This document shows positions 1-9,200 of a stretch of 20,000 bases of DNA, one piece after another. The DNA comes from an uncultured virus (IMG/VR IMGVR_UViG_3300043932_000239) (lineage: Duplodnaviria > Heunggongvirae > Uroviricota > Caudoviricetes): IMG/VR virus record IMGVR_UViG_3300043932_000239; one strand, 5' to 3'. Both the position numbers and the translations under genes were made by a program. Every line of letters starts with the position of its first letter. Position 1 is the first letter of the stretch. The notes below the pieces were generated by a model. The model searched no databases. It saw only the letters and a program-made list of their open reading frames with translations, and was not told where the DNA came from.

Positions 1-983
1 ATGCATCGCTCAATCCAGTTTCGATGCTGCTGTATCTTCACGATTCTCAGTCGGCTCGACTGGTGAACGATGCTCCGTTCGGATACTCAAGCGGGTCGCA
101 CGATTTCGGCTTGAGTTCGTTGGCAGAGATGTTGTCCCGGGAGCTCTTATCCTTTGCAGCAAAGCCAAAGTTATTTCGCCGCAAGCCTACGCTTGAGGCC
201 ACGTCATCTGCCGTTGGACAGATAAACTGGCCTGTGACAAACCTCCGAGCGCGGCGAGGAGATGCCGCTCCAATCGTAACGAGACGACACAGGCCGACAT
301 TTGATATCCCCGAGAACAGAATTATCAAGTCGGCTGCCAAACGAGTATTGGGACTCTTGTCTAGTGACGCTCCTGGGGCGCGTGTAACTCACGATTGGGC
401 AAACTGGCAGGCATCTACCTTTGCTGGTTATGACGATATCCGCAAGGTCAGCCAGATGATGCGAACGAAAAATGTTGGCGGTTCGCATTCCTACTACAGC
501 AATGCGCTCGGTCTCAGCCTCGTCATCCTCCAAGCATCCGGAATTGACCACGGTGAAAGCTGGGAGTCTGACGGATACTTGTTCAATATGCCTGGACTTT
601 ACGAAGACTTTGTGCGAACAAGTCTCATGAGAGCTGCAGAGCCCACTGCTCTAAGCGTTCAAAAGGGTTTTGCCTCCAGTAGCTTTCTGCTTACGAATGG
701 CGAAATCGAGCTAATTCCAGACCTGACTATCTATCGCGGCGGATCTATAGAAGCTGTCCTCGACGTAAAGTACAAGGTACCCGATGCGAAGGATCTGTAT
801 CAGATCTATACATACATGCAGTTTGCGCGTCTCAACGAGGCTTATATCATCTCACCTTCCGTTCGAACTGGAGACGTGGTCGAGACGTTCGACGGTCACC
901 GAATCAAATGCCTTGGTTTGGATAGCAGTTCTGCGATAGACGTCGACGCACTTGCTTCGAGGGTTATCGAAGCTCTGCGGTAA
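1..983 (+). CDS. mcrC: McrC-family PD-(D/E)xK restriction nuclease subunit (5' end probably outside the window)
   Basis: Frame is open from position 3 (before the ATG at 24) to TAA 981-983. McrC-like motifs: 'F-D-I-P-E-N-R-I-I-K-S-A', 'FNMPGLYEDFV', catalytic 'IPDL..YRGG....VLDVKYK', and 'DLYQIYTYM'. Confidence 0.85.
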   Translation, partial: ASLNPVSMLLYLHDSQSARLVNDAPFGYSSGSHDFGLSSLAEMLSRELLSFAAKPKLFRRKPTLEATSSAVGQINWPVTNLRARRGDAAPIVTRRHRPTFDIPENRIIKSAAKRVLGLLSSDAPGARVTHDWANWQASTFAGYDDIRKVSQMMRTKNVGGSHSYYSNALGLSLVILQASGIDHGESWESDGYLFNMPGLYEDFVRTSLMRAAEPTALSVQKGFASSSFLLTNGEIELIPDLTIYRGGSIEAVLDVKYKVPDAKDLYQIYTYMQFARLNEAYIISPSVRTGDVVETFDGHRIKCLGLDSSSAIDVDALASRVIEALR

Positions 984-2181
984 AGAGGGGTTGCTGCACG
1001 GTGGTTGAAGCCAACACTCGCTCAGCAGTGGCGAGGTATTCTGCGCTTACATCAAAACCGATATAGCTCCTCTCGAGCTTCTTCGCTGCAACGGCGGTAG
1101 TTCCAGCACCCATGAATGGATCAAGAACCACATCACCAGGGTCCGTTGAGATCGCGATGCAACGCCCAGGAAGCTGAACCGGGAACTGAGCCCCATGCCC
1201 ATCTCGGCCAGAAGAGGTTGGCAAGTACCAGAAGTCACTAAGCTTGTCCGACTCAAGCAGCTGTCGCCCACCAAGGTCTGAAGGTAGCTCCAAGTATGCG
1301 GCCTTGTTGAACTTGGGGGTTCGTTCCCGAGTGAGATGCAGAATGTACTCAACATTTCTGCTGACTCGCGACTGCTGGGGTTCAGGAGTTGTGGCCTGCT
1401 TGCACCACGAGATCGTGCTCTTTACGTAGTAGCCGATTTGGGCAGCACGCTGAGCAATCCGTTGCGGGATCAAACACTGCTCACCATCTTTCAGATACGA
1501 GTGTCCGGCGGAATACCGCAAGTACTCGTGATCTTTCCACGATCGACCATCCTTGCCTTGCATCGCATGCAGTGTCTCAACTGCACTACCCCGGATTTGA
1601 GTGCGAGTGTTGTACGAATCCATGATGTTCCACCACACGGAGCCATCTGCAGCAATTTTCGGAAGCAATGCATGCAAGACCTCGACCGAATGGCGAATAA
1701 ACCCTTCAGGTGTCTGCTCGAGACCAAACGAGCAGTACTCGCCATCCGCCCAAAGGCGCTCACCAGGCTCGTCATAGACCCGCATAGCCCAGTACGGCGT
1801 TGAGGTGACAACAGTATTCACCGAACCATCTTTCAGTCTTCCAATCAGCTGGAGAGCGTCTCCGACAACGAAGGAGTCCTTTTGAATGACCTCTTGACTC
1901 TCGGCAACGAGCACGGCTCCGGTGACGGCTCGACGGAGATATTCAAGAACTCTGCTGCGAGGAACGAACGTCTCGGAGAATGCATCTTGATCTAGAAGTT
2001 GCCGAACGTCGGCCTCGGACAAGATTGACTTCCTGCCAAGGACACGCCTAATGAAGCTGTGAGTCATGCCCACAACGGGGGCAACAAGCTCAATGGGGAA
2101 CACTAAGTCGGTAGTACTGCTGTCGGGGGAGGCGACCGCCGTTTGAGGCTTGATGGTATATGCCTGCTTCATCTCACTCAT
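964..2181 (-). CDS. Beta-class N4-cytosine/N6-adenine site-specific DNA methyltransferase with ~100-aa N-terminal extension
   Basis: Motif IV-like 'VVTSTPYW' precedes motif X/I 'HGAQFPVQLPGRCI...GDVVLDPFMGAGTT..AAKKLERSYIGFDV' (beta order). Start placed at ATG 2181 (alternative 2172), which overlaps the HTH stop TGA (2174-2176), rather than the track start 2271 inside the HTH gene. The 3' end overlaps mcrC by 20 bp. Confidence 0.9.
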   Translation of the reverse strand: MSEMKQAYTIKPQTAVASPDSSTTDLVFPIELVAPVVGMTHSFIRRVLGRKSILSEADVRQLLDQDAFSETFVPRSRVLEYLRRAVTGAVLVAESQEVIQKDSFVVGDALQLIGRLKDGSVNTVVTSTPYWAMRVYDEPGERLWADGEYCSFGLEQTPEGFIRHSVEVLHALLPKIAADGSVWWNIMDSYNTRTQIRGSAVETLHAMQGKDGRSWKDHEYLRYSAGHSYLKDGEQCLIPQRIAQRAAQIGYYVKSTISWCKQATTPEPQQSRVSRNVEYILHLTRERTPKFNKAAYLELPSDLGGRQLLESDKLSDFWYLPTSSGRDGHGAQFPVQLPGRCIAISTDPGDVVLDPFMGAGTTAVAAKKLERSYIGFDVSAEYLATAERVLASTTVQQPLFTAELR

Positions 2182-2431
2182 TACGACCGTCGCCGGTTCC
2201 TTCCTCATAACAGTCTTCAAAAGCCAGAATGTCGTTGGGTGAACAATCCAACGCTTTACAAATCCGCCCAAGTGTCGCGGTGGTAACCGTCTGATTTCGA
2301 CCCAGCTTCGTGATGGTTGATGAGCTCAGACCGGCAAGGTCTCTAAGCTCGCCCTTCCGAATTCCTCTGTCGATAAGCAACTTCCAGAGGTTTCTATAGT
2401 CCTCGCGAGGCGCGTTCGATGTGTCAACCAT
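2174..2431 (-). CDS. XRE/Cro-C1 family HTH transcriptional regulator (probable controller of the methyltransferase)
   Basis: 85 aa, 'YRNLWKLLIDRGIRKGELRDLAGLSSSTITKLGRNQTVTTATLGRICKALDCSPNDIL', a typical Cro/C1-type (HTH_26-like) pattern. Its stop overlaps the MTase start. Confidence 0.9.
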   Translation of the reverse strand: MVDTSNAPREDYRNLWKLLIDRGIRKGELRDLAGLSSSTITKLGRNQTVTTATLGRICKALDCSPNDILAFEDCYEEGTGDGRNE

Positions 2432-2455
2432 GCGGCCAGAATACCATACCGCATG
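2429..2455 (-). promoter_or_regulatory. Putative leaderless promoter (extended -10) with overlapping inverted-repeat operator
   Basis: Minus strand reads TGG-TATTCT (hexamer 2438-2443), then 6 nt, then ATG (2431), with no SD. Inverted repeat CATGCGG (2429-2435) / CCGCATG (2449-2455) brackets the -10 box. Confidence 0.55.
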
Positions 2456-5230
2456 ACTATTCGTGCGATACAGTCAGCTTTGATCAAGGTGTACATTTGG
2501 GCATCGCATGACGCCCTACCGATACTTTTTACACCCTCGGGTGCTGCGGTGACTCGGAAACCCGGATCAGCTCTGCCCGAAGATCCTCAGCGGTCACTTT
2601 GCGTCCTTTCAAAACGCGAGAAACCCCTCGAGCTGCGTCTCTGCGTAGGCACAACGTCTAGCTCAAGGGCCCCAACTTGCTAAAAGCTTTGTAGTTGACT
2701 AGGAGTGCAGATGGTCGTCGGCCCACCTGCAAGAACGAATAGCAAGCGGTATCGCCTACAGGTAGAGGTGCTACCCACATCATTTGTCGAGACCCCGCGT
2801 CTATTCTTGCGCGCGAGATCCCGACTGGTTCACCCCCCCTACGGACGCCAGCCGGGTAGCGACGTGCCAGATACTCAGCGGTACAGCAGGCTAATCTCCA
2901 AACGTCCGCGGCAGCCGGAAATCCCAATTCATAGCCGGTATCGAAGCTGTTCGATGGCCCTGCTCCGCACTGGGGTCTTGTATCCAACGTGACCGGTTGT
3001 GCGAGCCTGCCCTGGGGTCCGGGGCATTCGCGAACGAGGCCGTCAATCAGCTGGCCGACGCCTACCTGGAGCGTCGTCAGGACGAGCTGAATCAGCGCAT
3101 TCCGGCGGATGAGCTGCCCGAGGAACGCCGCCGGGTCAAGGCCTGGATCGCCCTGCACCGCGTCTACGGCGTCGACCTCAATGACACGGCCGTGGAGCTG
3201 GCCGAGGTCTCGATGTGGCTGAACGTCATGCAGCCGAGGCTCGCTGCCCCGTGGTTCGGCCTGCACCTCAAGCGGGGCAACTCCCTGATCGGGGCCCGGC
3301 GGGCCACCTACGACCTGTCAGCGCTGAGGAAGTCGAAGTCCAAGTGGTGGAAGACTCCGCCCGAGGATCGCGGGCTGGCCGACGTGCCCCTCGGGGGTCT
3401 GGAGAAGGGCAGCATTCACCACTTCCTGCTGCCCAGCGACACGTGGGGAGCCGCGGCCGGGGCGAAGCAGGCGAAAGAGCTGGCGCCCGAGCAGGTCGAC
3501 ACCATGAAGACGTGGAAGCGGGGGATGCTCCGCCAGCCGACGGCCACGCAGGTCAAGACATTGGCATCGTTGGCGCGGCGGGTCGAGCGCCTCTGGGAGA
3601 TCGCCGCCAAGCGCCTGGAGATCAGCGAGGCGGAGGCCTCGCGCGACATCGACGTGTGGGGCCGTGAGGCGGAGCCCAGCCATTCGAATGTGACGCGCGA
3701 ACAGATCGAAAATGCGCTGGCAGACCCGGACTCGATGTACCAGCGCCTGCGCCTGGTCATGGACGCGTGGTGCGCGTTGAGTTTCTGGCCGCTGGACCAG
3801 GTTGACCAGTTGCCCACGTGGCAGGAGTGGCTGGCGACATGCACGGACCTGCTCGGCATCGAGACCACGGACAAGGGACAGAACGAGGACTTCCTGACGC
3901 AGGGGAACGACTTCGACAAGCTCGCTGAGATTGAGAAGTTCGAGCGGTCGTTCCACCGGATGCCGTTGATGTTCGAGATTCAGGGGGCGCACCCGTGGCT
4001 GGCGACTGTGCAGGAGATCGCCGCGCGCGAGGGCTTCTTCCACTGGGAGTTGGACTTCGCGCAGGTCTTCGGGCGCGGAGGGTTCGACCTGCAGGTGGGA
4101 AACCCGCCGTGGGTGAGGCCGGTGTGGAAGGACAGTGCGACCCTGGCCGAGTTCGACCCGTGGTTCCTACTGGAGGAGAAGATCCCGGAGAGAGCGTTCC
4201 GCGATCGCCGTGGCCAGGTACTGGACGCACCGATGGCGCGGGACAAGTACCTGTCGGATCTGACGTCGGGGACCGCGACCTCGACGGTGCTGGGCGATAG
4301 AGTCGAGCATCCGGTCCTCGCAGGCCTCCAGACGAACCTCTACATGAACTTCATGGAGCGGACGTGGCGGTCGATGGCGCCCGCGGGGATCGTCGGACTG
4401 ATCCATCCGGAGGGCCACTTCCTGGACCCGAAGGGCGGTGTGCTGCGGGAGAACACGTATCGAAGGCTGCGAAGGCATTGGCAGTTCTCCAATGAACTTC
4501 AGCTTTTCCCTGAGGTCCACCATATGACCGTGTTTGGTGTTCATGTTTATGGTCCACCGAATGAACCTAATTTCAAGCAGGCCGTTGGATTGCTGAACGT
4601 GTCGACACTTGACGGATCGCTTCGCGATGACGGGCGGGGAGAAGAGCCTGGAATCCAACACGCTTCCGGTGGATGGGATATTCGCCCTCATCGTTCTCGA
4701 ATTCTGGCTGTCGATACTGATGTGTTGACCACGTGGGGATCTTTGTTTGATCCGGAAGGAATTCCTGCAGTTCAGGCTCGAATGGTTCGGCCTTACCTTC
4801 GTGAGCATCAGGAGGTGCTGGATCGCATCGCCTCCTCGGCGAGTCGTCCCGGGGAGAACATTGAGGTCTCAAGCGGTTGGCATGAAAAAGGAGCCAAGCA
4901 GGACGGATATATCGAGCAGGCGAAGACAGAGGCTGAGTCTTGGGACGAGGTGATCCTTCAAGGCCCGCTGTTCTATGTGGGGACTCCATTCTATAAGAAT
5001 GCGCGCCCGTCGGGCTTCAAGAACAGCGACTACGACCTGTGGGACCTGGACGAGATTCCTGAGCGCATGATTCCTCGGACAAATTATCGTCGTGCGTGCG
5101 ACCGGAAACGATATGACGCGGGTATGGATCGGTGGGACGGGCGACCGAGTTGGGACTACTGGCGCCTCGCAGTGAGGAGCATGACGCAGGTGGGGCTTGT
5201 TCGCTCTCTTGTCCCCGCTTTGATCCCCCG

Positions 5231-5303
5231 AGGTGCGGCACATGTCGATGCGGTACACTCGTGTACCGCATCGACATGTGCCGCACCTGCACATGTCCAT
5301 GCG
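5231..5303. repeat. 58-bp near-perfect palindrome plus third direct copy, inside the MTase coding sequence
   Basis: AGGTGCGGCACATGTCGATGCGGTACAC (5231-5258) - TC - GTGTACCGCATCGACATGTGCCGCACCT (5261-5288): 28/28 complementary. GCACATGTCCATGCG (5289-5303) repeats 5238-5252 with 1 mismatch. Confidence 0.97.
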
Positions 5304-5329
5304 CGAAAATCTCCTGACGGAGATTTTCG
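5304..5329. repeat. Perfect 11-bp hairpin inside the MTase coding sequence
   Basis: CGAAAATCTCC (5304-5314) - TGAC - GGAGATTTTCG (5319-5329). Confidence 0.95.
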
Positions 5330-6202
5330 AACGTATTCGACGGCGCCTGAAGACTCGTTGGCGACCGTCCTGACGTGTGGGTTGTGGTCGTCTCTCCCCT
5401 ATGACTTCTTGACGAAGGTCTCAGGACAGACGCACGTCCATCCCGAGTTCATCCAGAAACTCCCCAGCCCGACGAAGCACCCCGCCTGGCCCTTCCTCCT
5501 TCTCCGCACGCTGCGCCTCAACTGCCTGACGCGGGACTACGAGGACCTGTGGAACGCGCTGGCCCCATTGACAGTGGCTGGGGATTCCTGGACACCCGCA
5601 TTCGCCGACTGGCCGCAGCTCACCGTTCCCACCGGTGAATGGACATGGGACATCCCGCTTCGGTCCGATTTCGAGCGGCGGGCCGCGCTGGTCGAGACCG
5701 ACGCGCTGGGCGCGATCATGCTCGGCCTGACCGCCGAGCAGCTGTGCCTGATCTACCGCGTCCAGTTCGGCGTCCTGCGCAAGTACGAGAACGACATGTG
5801 GTTCGACGGCCAAGGCCACCAGATCGCGAAGGACCACCACGCTTACGGCGTCCACCAGGAGAAGACGGATTTCCCGACGCTCATGGACTACGTGGCCGCC
5901 ATGGAGGACGCGGGGCTGGATGCGCAGCGGGACCAGCCGAGCGACGCGATCCGCACGGACGCCAGGTTCTCCGCGTTCCTCGAGCACTATGAGGCGCCGT
6001 TCGTGAAGGCCGACCGGGAACGCGAGATGACGCTGGCGCACGAGGAATTCACGCGGCGCCTCCAAGCCGCCGGGCTGCTCCTGGCCGACGGGTCCGAGGC
6101 TCCGGGCGCCGAGGCCGTCGACGCGCAGGCGGTGCTGGAAGGCCGCCTGCCGTTCACGCCGACGCCAGGGGACCGCGCCATCGATGAGAGGGAGCGTGCG
6201 TG

Positions 6203-9200
6203 ATGACCCAGCCCACGGAGACGCCCTCGTCCGTGTTCGCCGCGACGGCGCCGTTCGCCCCCACTCTGCCCAGCCTGCTGGCGGAGGAGGTCCAAGACGC
6301 GCTCACGGAGTACCTGACGACCACCTACGCGCTGGGCGACCAGGAGACGCGGGACGCGCTCGGGCGCTTCCTGCGCGACCCGGAGACGGGGATCTTCCGC
6401 GGGCCCTACTACCGGCTGCGCCTGCCGTTCCGGCCCGCACCGGAGGGATGGCGGAACCCGCTGGGCTGGCTGCCCGACAGGTTCGTGCCCCACGCCCACC
6501 AGGCGGCGGCGTTCGACCGGCTGACCTCGCTGGGGCGCGTTCCACAGCCCACCCTGGTCACCACGGGCACCGGGTCCGGCAAGACGGAGTCGTTCCTGCT
6601 GCCCCTGCTGGACCACGCGCGGCGCGCGGCGGCCGAGGGCGCTCCCGGGATCACCGCGCTCGTCCTGTACCCGATGAACGCGCTGGTCACCGACCAGGCG
6701 CGACGCATCGCCGACTACGTCGCGTCCAGCCCGGAGCTGTCAGACGTCCGTGTCGGGCTCTACATCGGCGGCAACGGGCGAAACCGCACGATGGGCGCCG
6801 ACCACATCATCGATCACAGGGAGGAGCTCCAGGCCCGCCCCCCGCAGATCCTGCTGACGAACTACAAGATGCTGGACCTGCTGCTGCTGGACCCGCGCCA
6901 CCGCGGACTGTGGGCGGGTGCGGCGGAGTCGCTGCAGTACCTGGTCCTCGACGAGTTCCACACCTACGACGGCGCGCAGGGCAGCGATGTCGCCATGCTC
7001 CTGCGGCGCCTCGGCATGGCGCTCGGGATCGCGGAGGAGGGGCGGCCGCTGGGGCGCGTGACGCCGGTGGCGACGTCCGCCACCCTGGGCGATGCCGGGG
7101 ACACCGCGCCCATGCGGGAGCTCGCGCGGACCGTGTTCGGCTGCGACTTCCCGCCAGACTGCGTGATCACCGAGAGCCGTCGGACGCCGGAGGAGTTCCT
7201 GCCCCCCGACGACGAGGGCTCGCACGACCTGGTCCCGCCCCGGCCGGAGGTCCTGGCCGACCTGCCGGCGCCGGAGTCGGAAAGGCCGGAGTCCTGGATC
7301 CCGCTGGTCCGGTGCGTGTTCGGTCAGCGGGCCACAGAAGTCATGAGCGGAGGCCTGCCCGATCCGGTGCTCGTCGGCCATCTGCTCACCAAGCACCCGG
7401 TGACGCGCCTGCTCCTGGAGGCCATGGGCACACACCCCGCGGCCCCGGACGCCATCCTACGGACCCTCCAGGTGCGCACCCTCAACCTGTTCCCGTGGTA
7501 TTCGGATGACTCGGCGGTGCAGGCGCGCAACATCCGGGCCCTGGGCCGCCTGCTCGCGTTGTACTCGTTCGCGCGAGTCCAGACCCCGCGGGGCCTGCGC
7601 TCCTTCCTGGAGGTCCAGGTCCAGCTGTGGGTCCGCGACGTCTCCCATCTGCTGCGCGTCGTCGACGAGTCGCCGCGGTTCAACTGGGAGGTCGGGGCGA
7701 ACCGGGATCCCGAGAGGAAGTACCTTCCTGCGGCGTACTGCCGAACCTGCGGAGCGTCAGGGTGGATGTCGATGGTTCAGGAGGCCTCCGACGCGCTGGA
7801 GGCCGGGGCGGGGGAGATCTGGAAGGCGGCGCCGGACCTGCGTCGGCGCTCGCGCATTCGCGTCCTCATGACCGGAGGGGAGGACGCCGACTGCCGGTAC
7901 CTGGACCCCGACACCCTGGAGCTGCTCGGCCCGGCCACGCCCGCGCAAGATCGCGAGGAGAAGCACCTCATCCGGGTCCACACGCCGCTGACCGGCGACG
8001 ACGCGACGCGGGAGACCTGCCCGGCCTGTGGGTCCCGGGACTCCGTGCGATTCGTCGGGACGTCCGCTGCGACGCTGCTGTCCGTGTGCCTCACCCAGGA
8101 ATTCGGGTCCACCCACCTGCCGGAGAGTGAGAAGAAGACCCTGGTGTTCACCGACTCCGTCCAGGACGCCGCGCACCGCGCGGCCTTCATCGAGGCGCGC
8201 GCCTTCACATTCAACCTGCGCGGGGCGCTGGTCAAAAAGCTCGGGGAGTTGGGCGGGGCCGCGACATTGACGGATTTGGCAGACTCCCTGGGCCGCGGGA
8301 GGGCCGGCCGCGGCCGCCTGGACGACAAGGATCTCTACCTGGTGACACCGCCGGACTTCACGCGGCGCAGGAACCTGAGCGGGACCTGGCTGACCCCGGA
8401 CCCCAACGGCGAGAAGCACAAGAAGCTGGCGGAGCGCCTGGTCCAGGAGACCCATCTGGAGGCTGGGCTGGGCTCCCGGATCGGCCGAACGCTGCTGATG
8501 ACGGGCACCTGGTCCCTGGACCTAGACGTCGACGTCCAGGGACTGGCCGAGGAGATGGCGGAGGCCCACCGGAACTCTCAGGGGTTCCTCCCGGACTCGA
8601 ACACCGGGGAACGGACCGGGACCCAGGCCTATGCCGTGTGGATCTACGGGGTGCTCTCGCACCTGCGCGAGGCCGGCGGCATCTCCCACAGCTACCTCAC
8701 GCGGCTGAGGCAGGGAAACCTGGCCCGCTGGCACGTGGGCGGTGGCGCACGCGGGACGGACATGCGCCGGTTCGGGCCCGGCCGACCCGCCCCCGGATTC
8801 CTCTCCGCCGGAGGCGCGGCTCAAGACCGTGGCCGCGAGACTGACGAGATCCCGTTGAGCGGGACGACCCGCACGTGGCTGGGGGACTGGACGCGGAAGT
8901 GCCTGGCGGACACAGGAACGGGCGTGGGGCGCCTGCTCGGCGACCTGGCGGAGGCGTGCGTCCGTCGCGGGGTCCTGGACCGGGTGGCCATGAAGAACGG
9001 CGGCCTCAACTTCGGACTGCTGCCCGACAAGGTCCTCGTGTCCCTGGAGGAACCCGTCCGGCTCGCGTGCTCGGACTGCGACCACGTCGAGATCGTGGCA
9101 CCCGGGCGCGTCACCCTGTGGGAGGGGGCCCCGTGCCCCCGGATGCGATGCATGGGCACCCTGTCCGTCGCCACGGAGGCGCGGCCGGAGGGCACGTTCT

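Larger units (their letters stand above)
2997..6203 (+). pseudogene. 5'-truncated large class I N6-adenine DNA methyltransferase (Type IIG-like / DISARM DrmMI-related)
   Basis: Frame starts directly at SAM-binding motif I 'CEPALGSGAF', then 'YGVDLN..AVELA..S.WL', 'HLKRGNSLIG', 'FFHWELDF..VF..GGFDLQVGNPPW' (NPPW 4101-4112), 'TNLYMNFMER'. There is no ATG or SD; the in-frame upstream stop is TAA 2892-2894 and motif X is absent. The remaining 1068 codons are uninterrupted. Confidence 0.8.

Noticed and set aside
2182..2271. Track start of the small MTase at 2271
   Set aside because: It lies inside the well-supported HTH gene. ATG 2181/2172 at the HTH stop is more plausible.
2455..2475. Canonical C-box
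   Set aside because: GACT/AGTC half-sites are 13 nt apart rather than the usual ~3. Kept only as a possible non-canonical operator.
5231..5340. Hairpin cluster as a CRISPR array, REP/MITE or intrinsic terminator
   Set aside because: No repeat-spacer periodicity, no second copy seen in the window, no target duplication and no poly-T tail. The arm derives from adjacent coding sequence.
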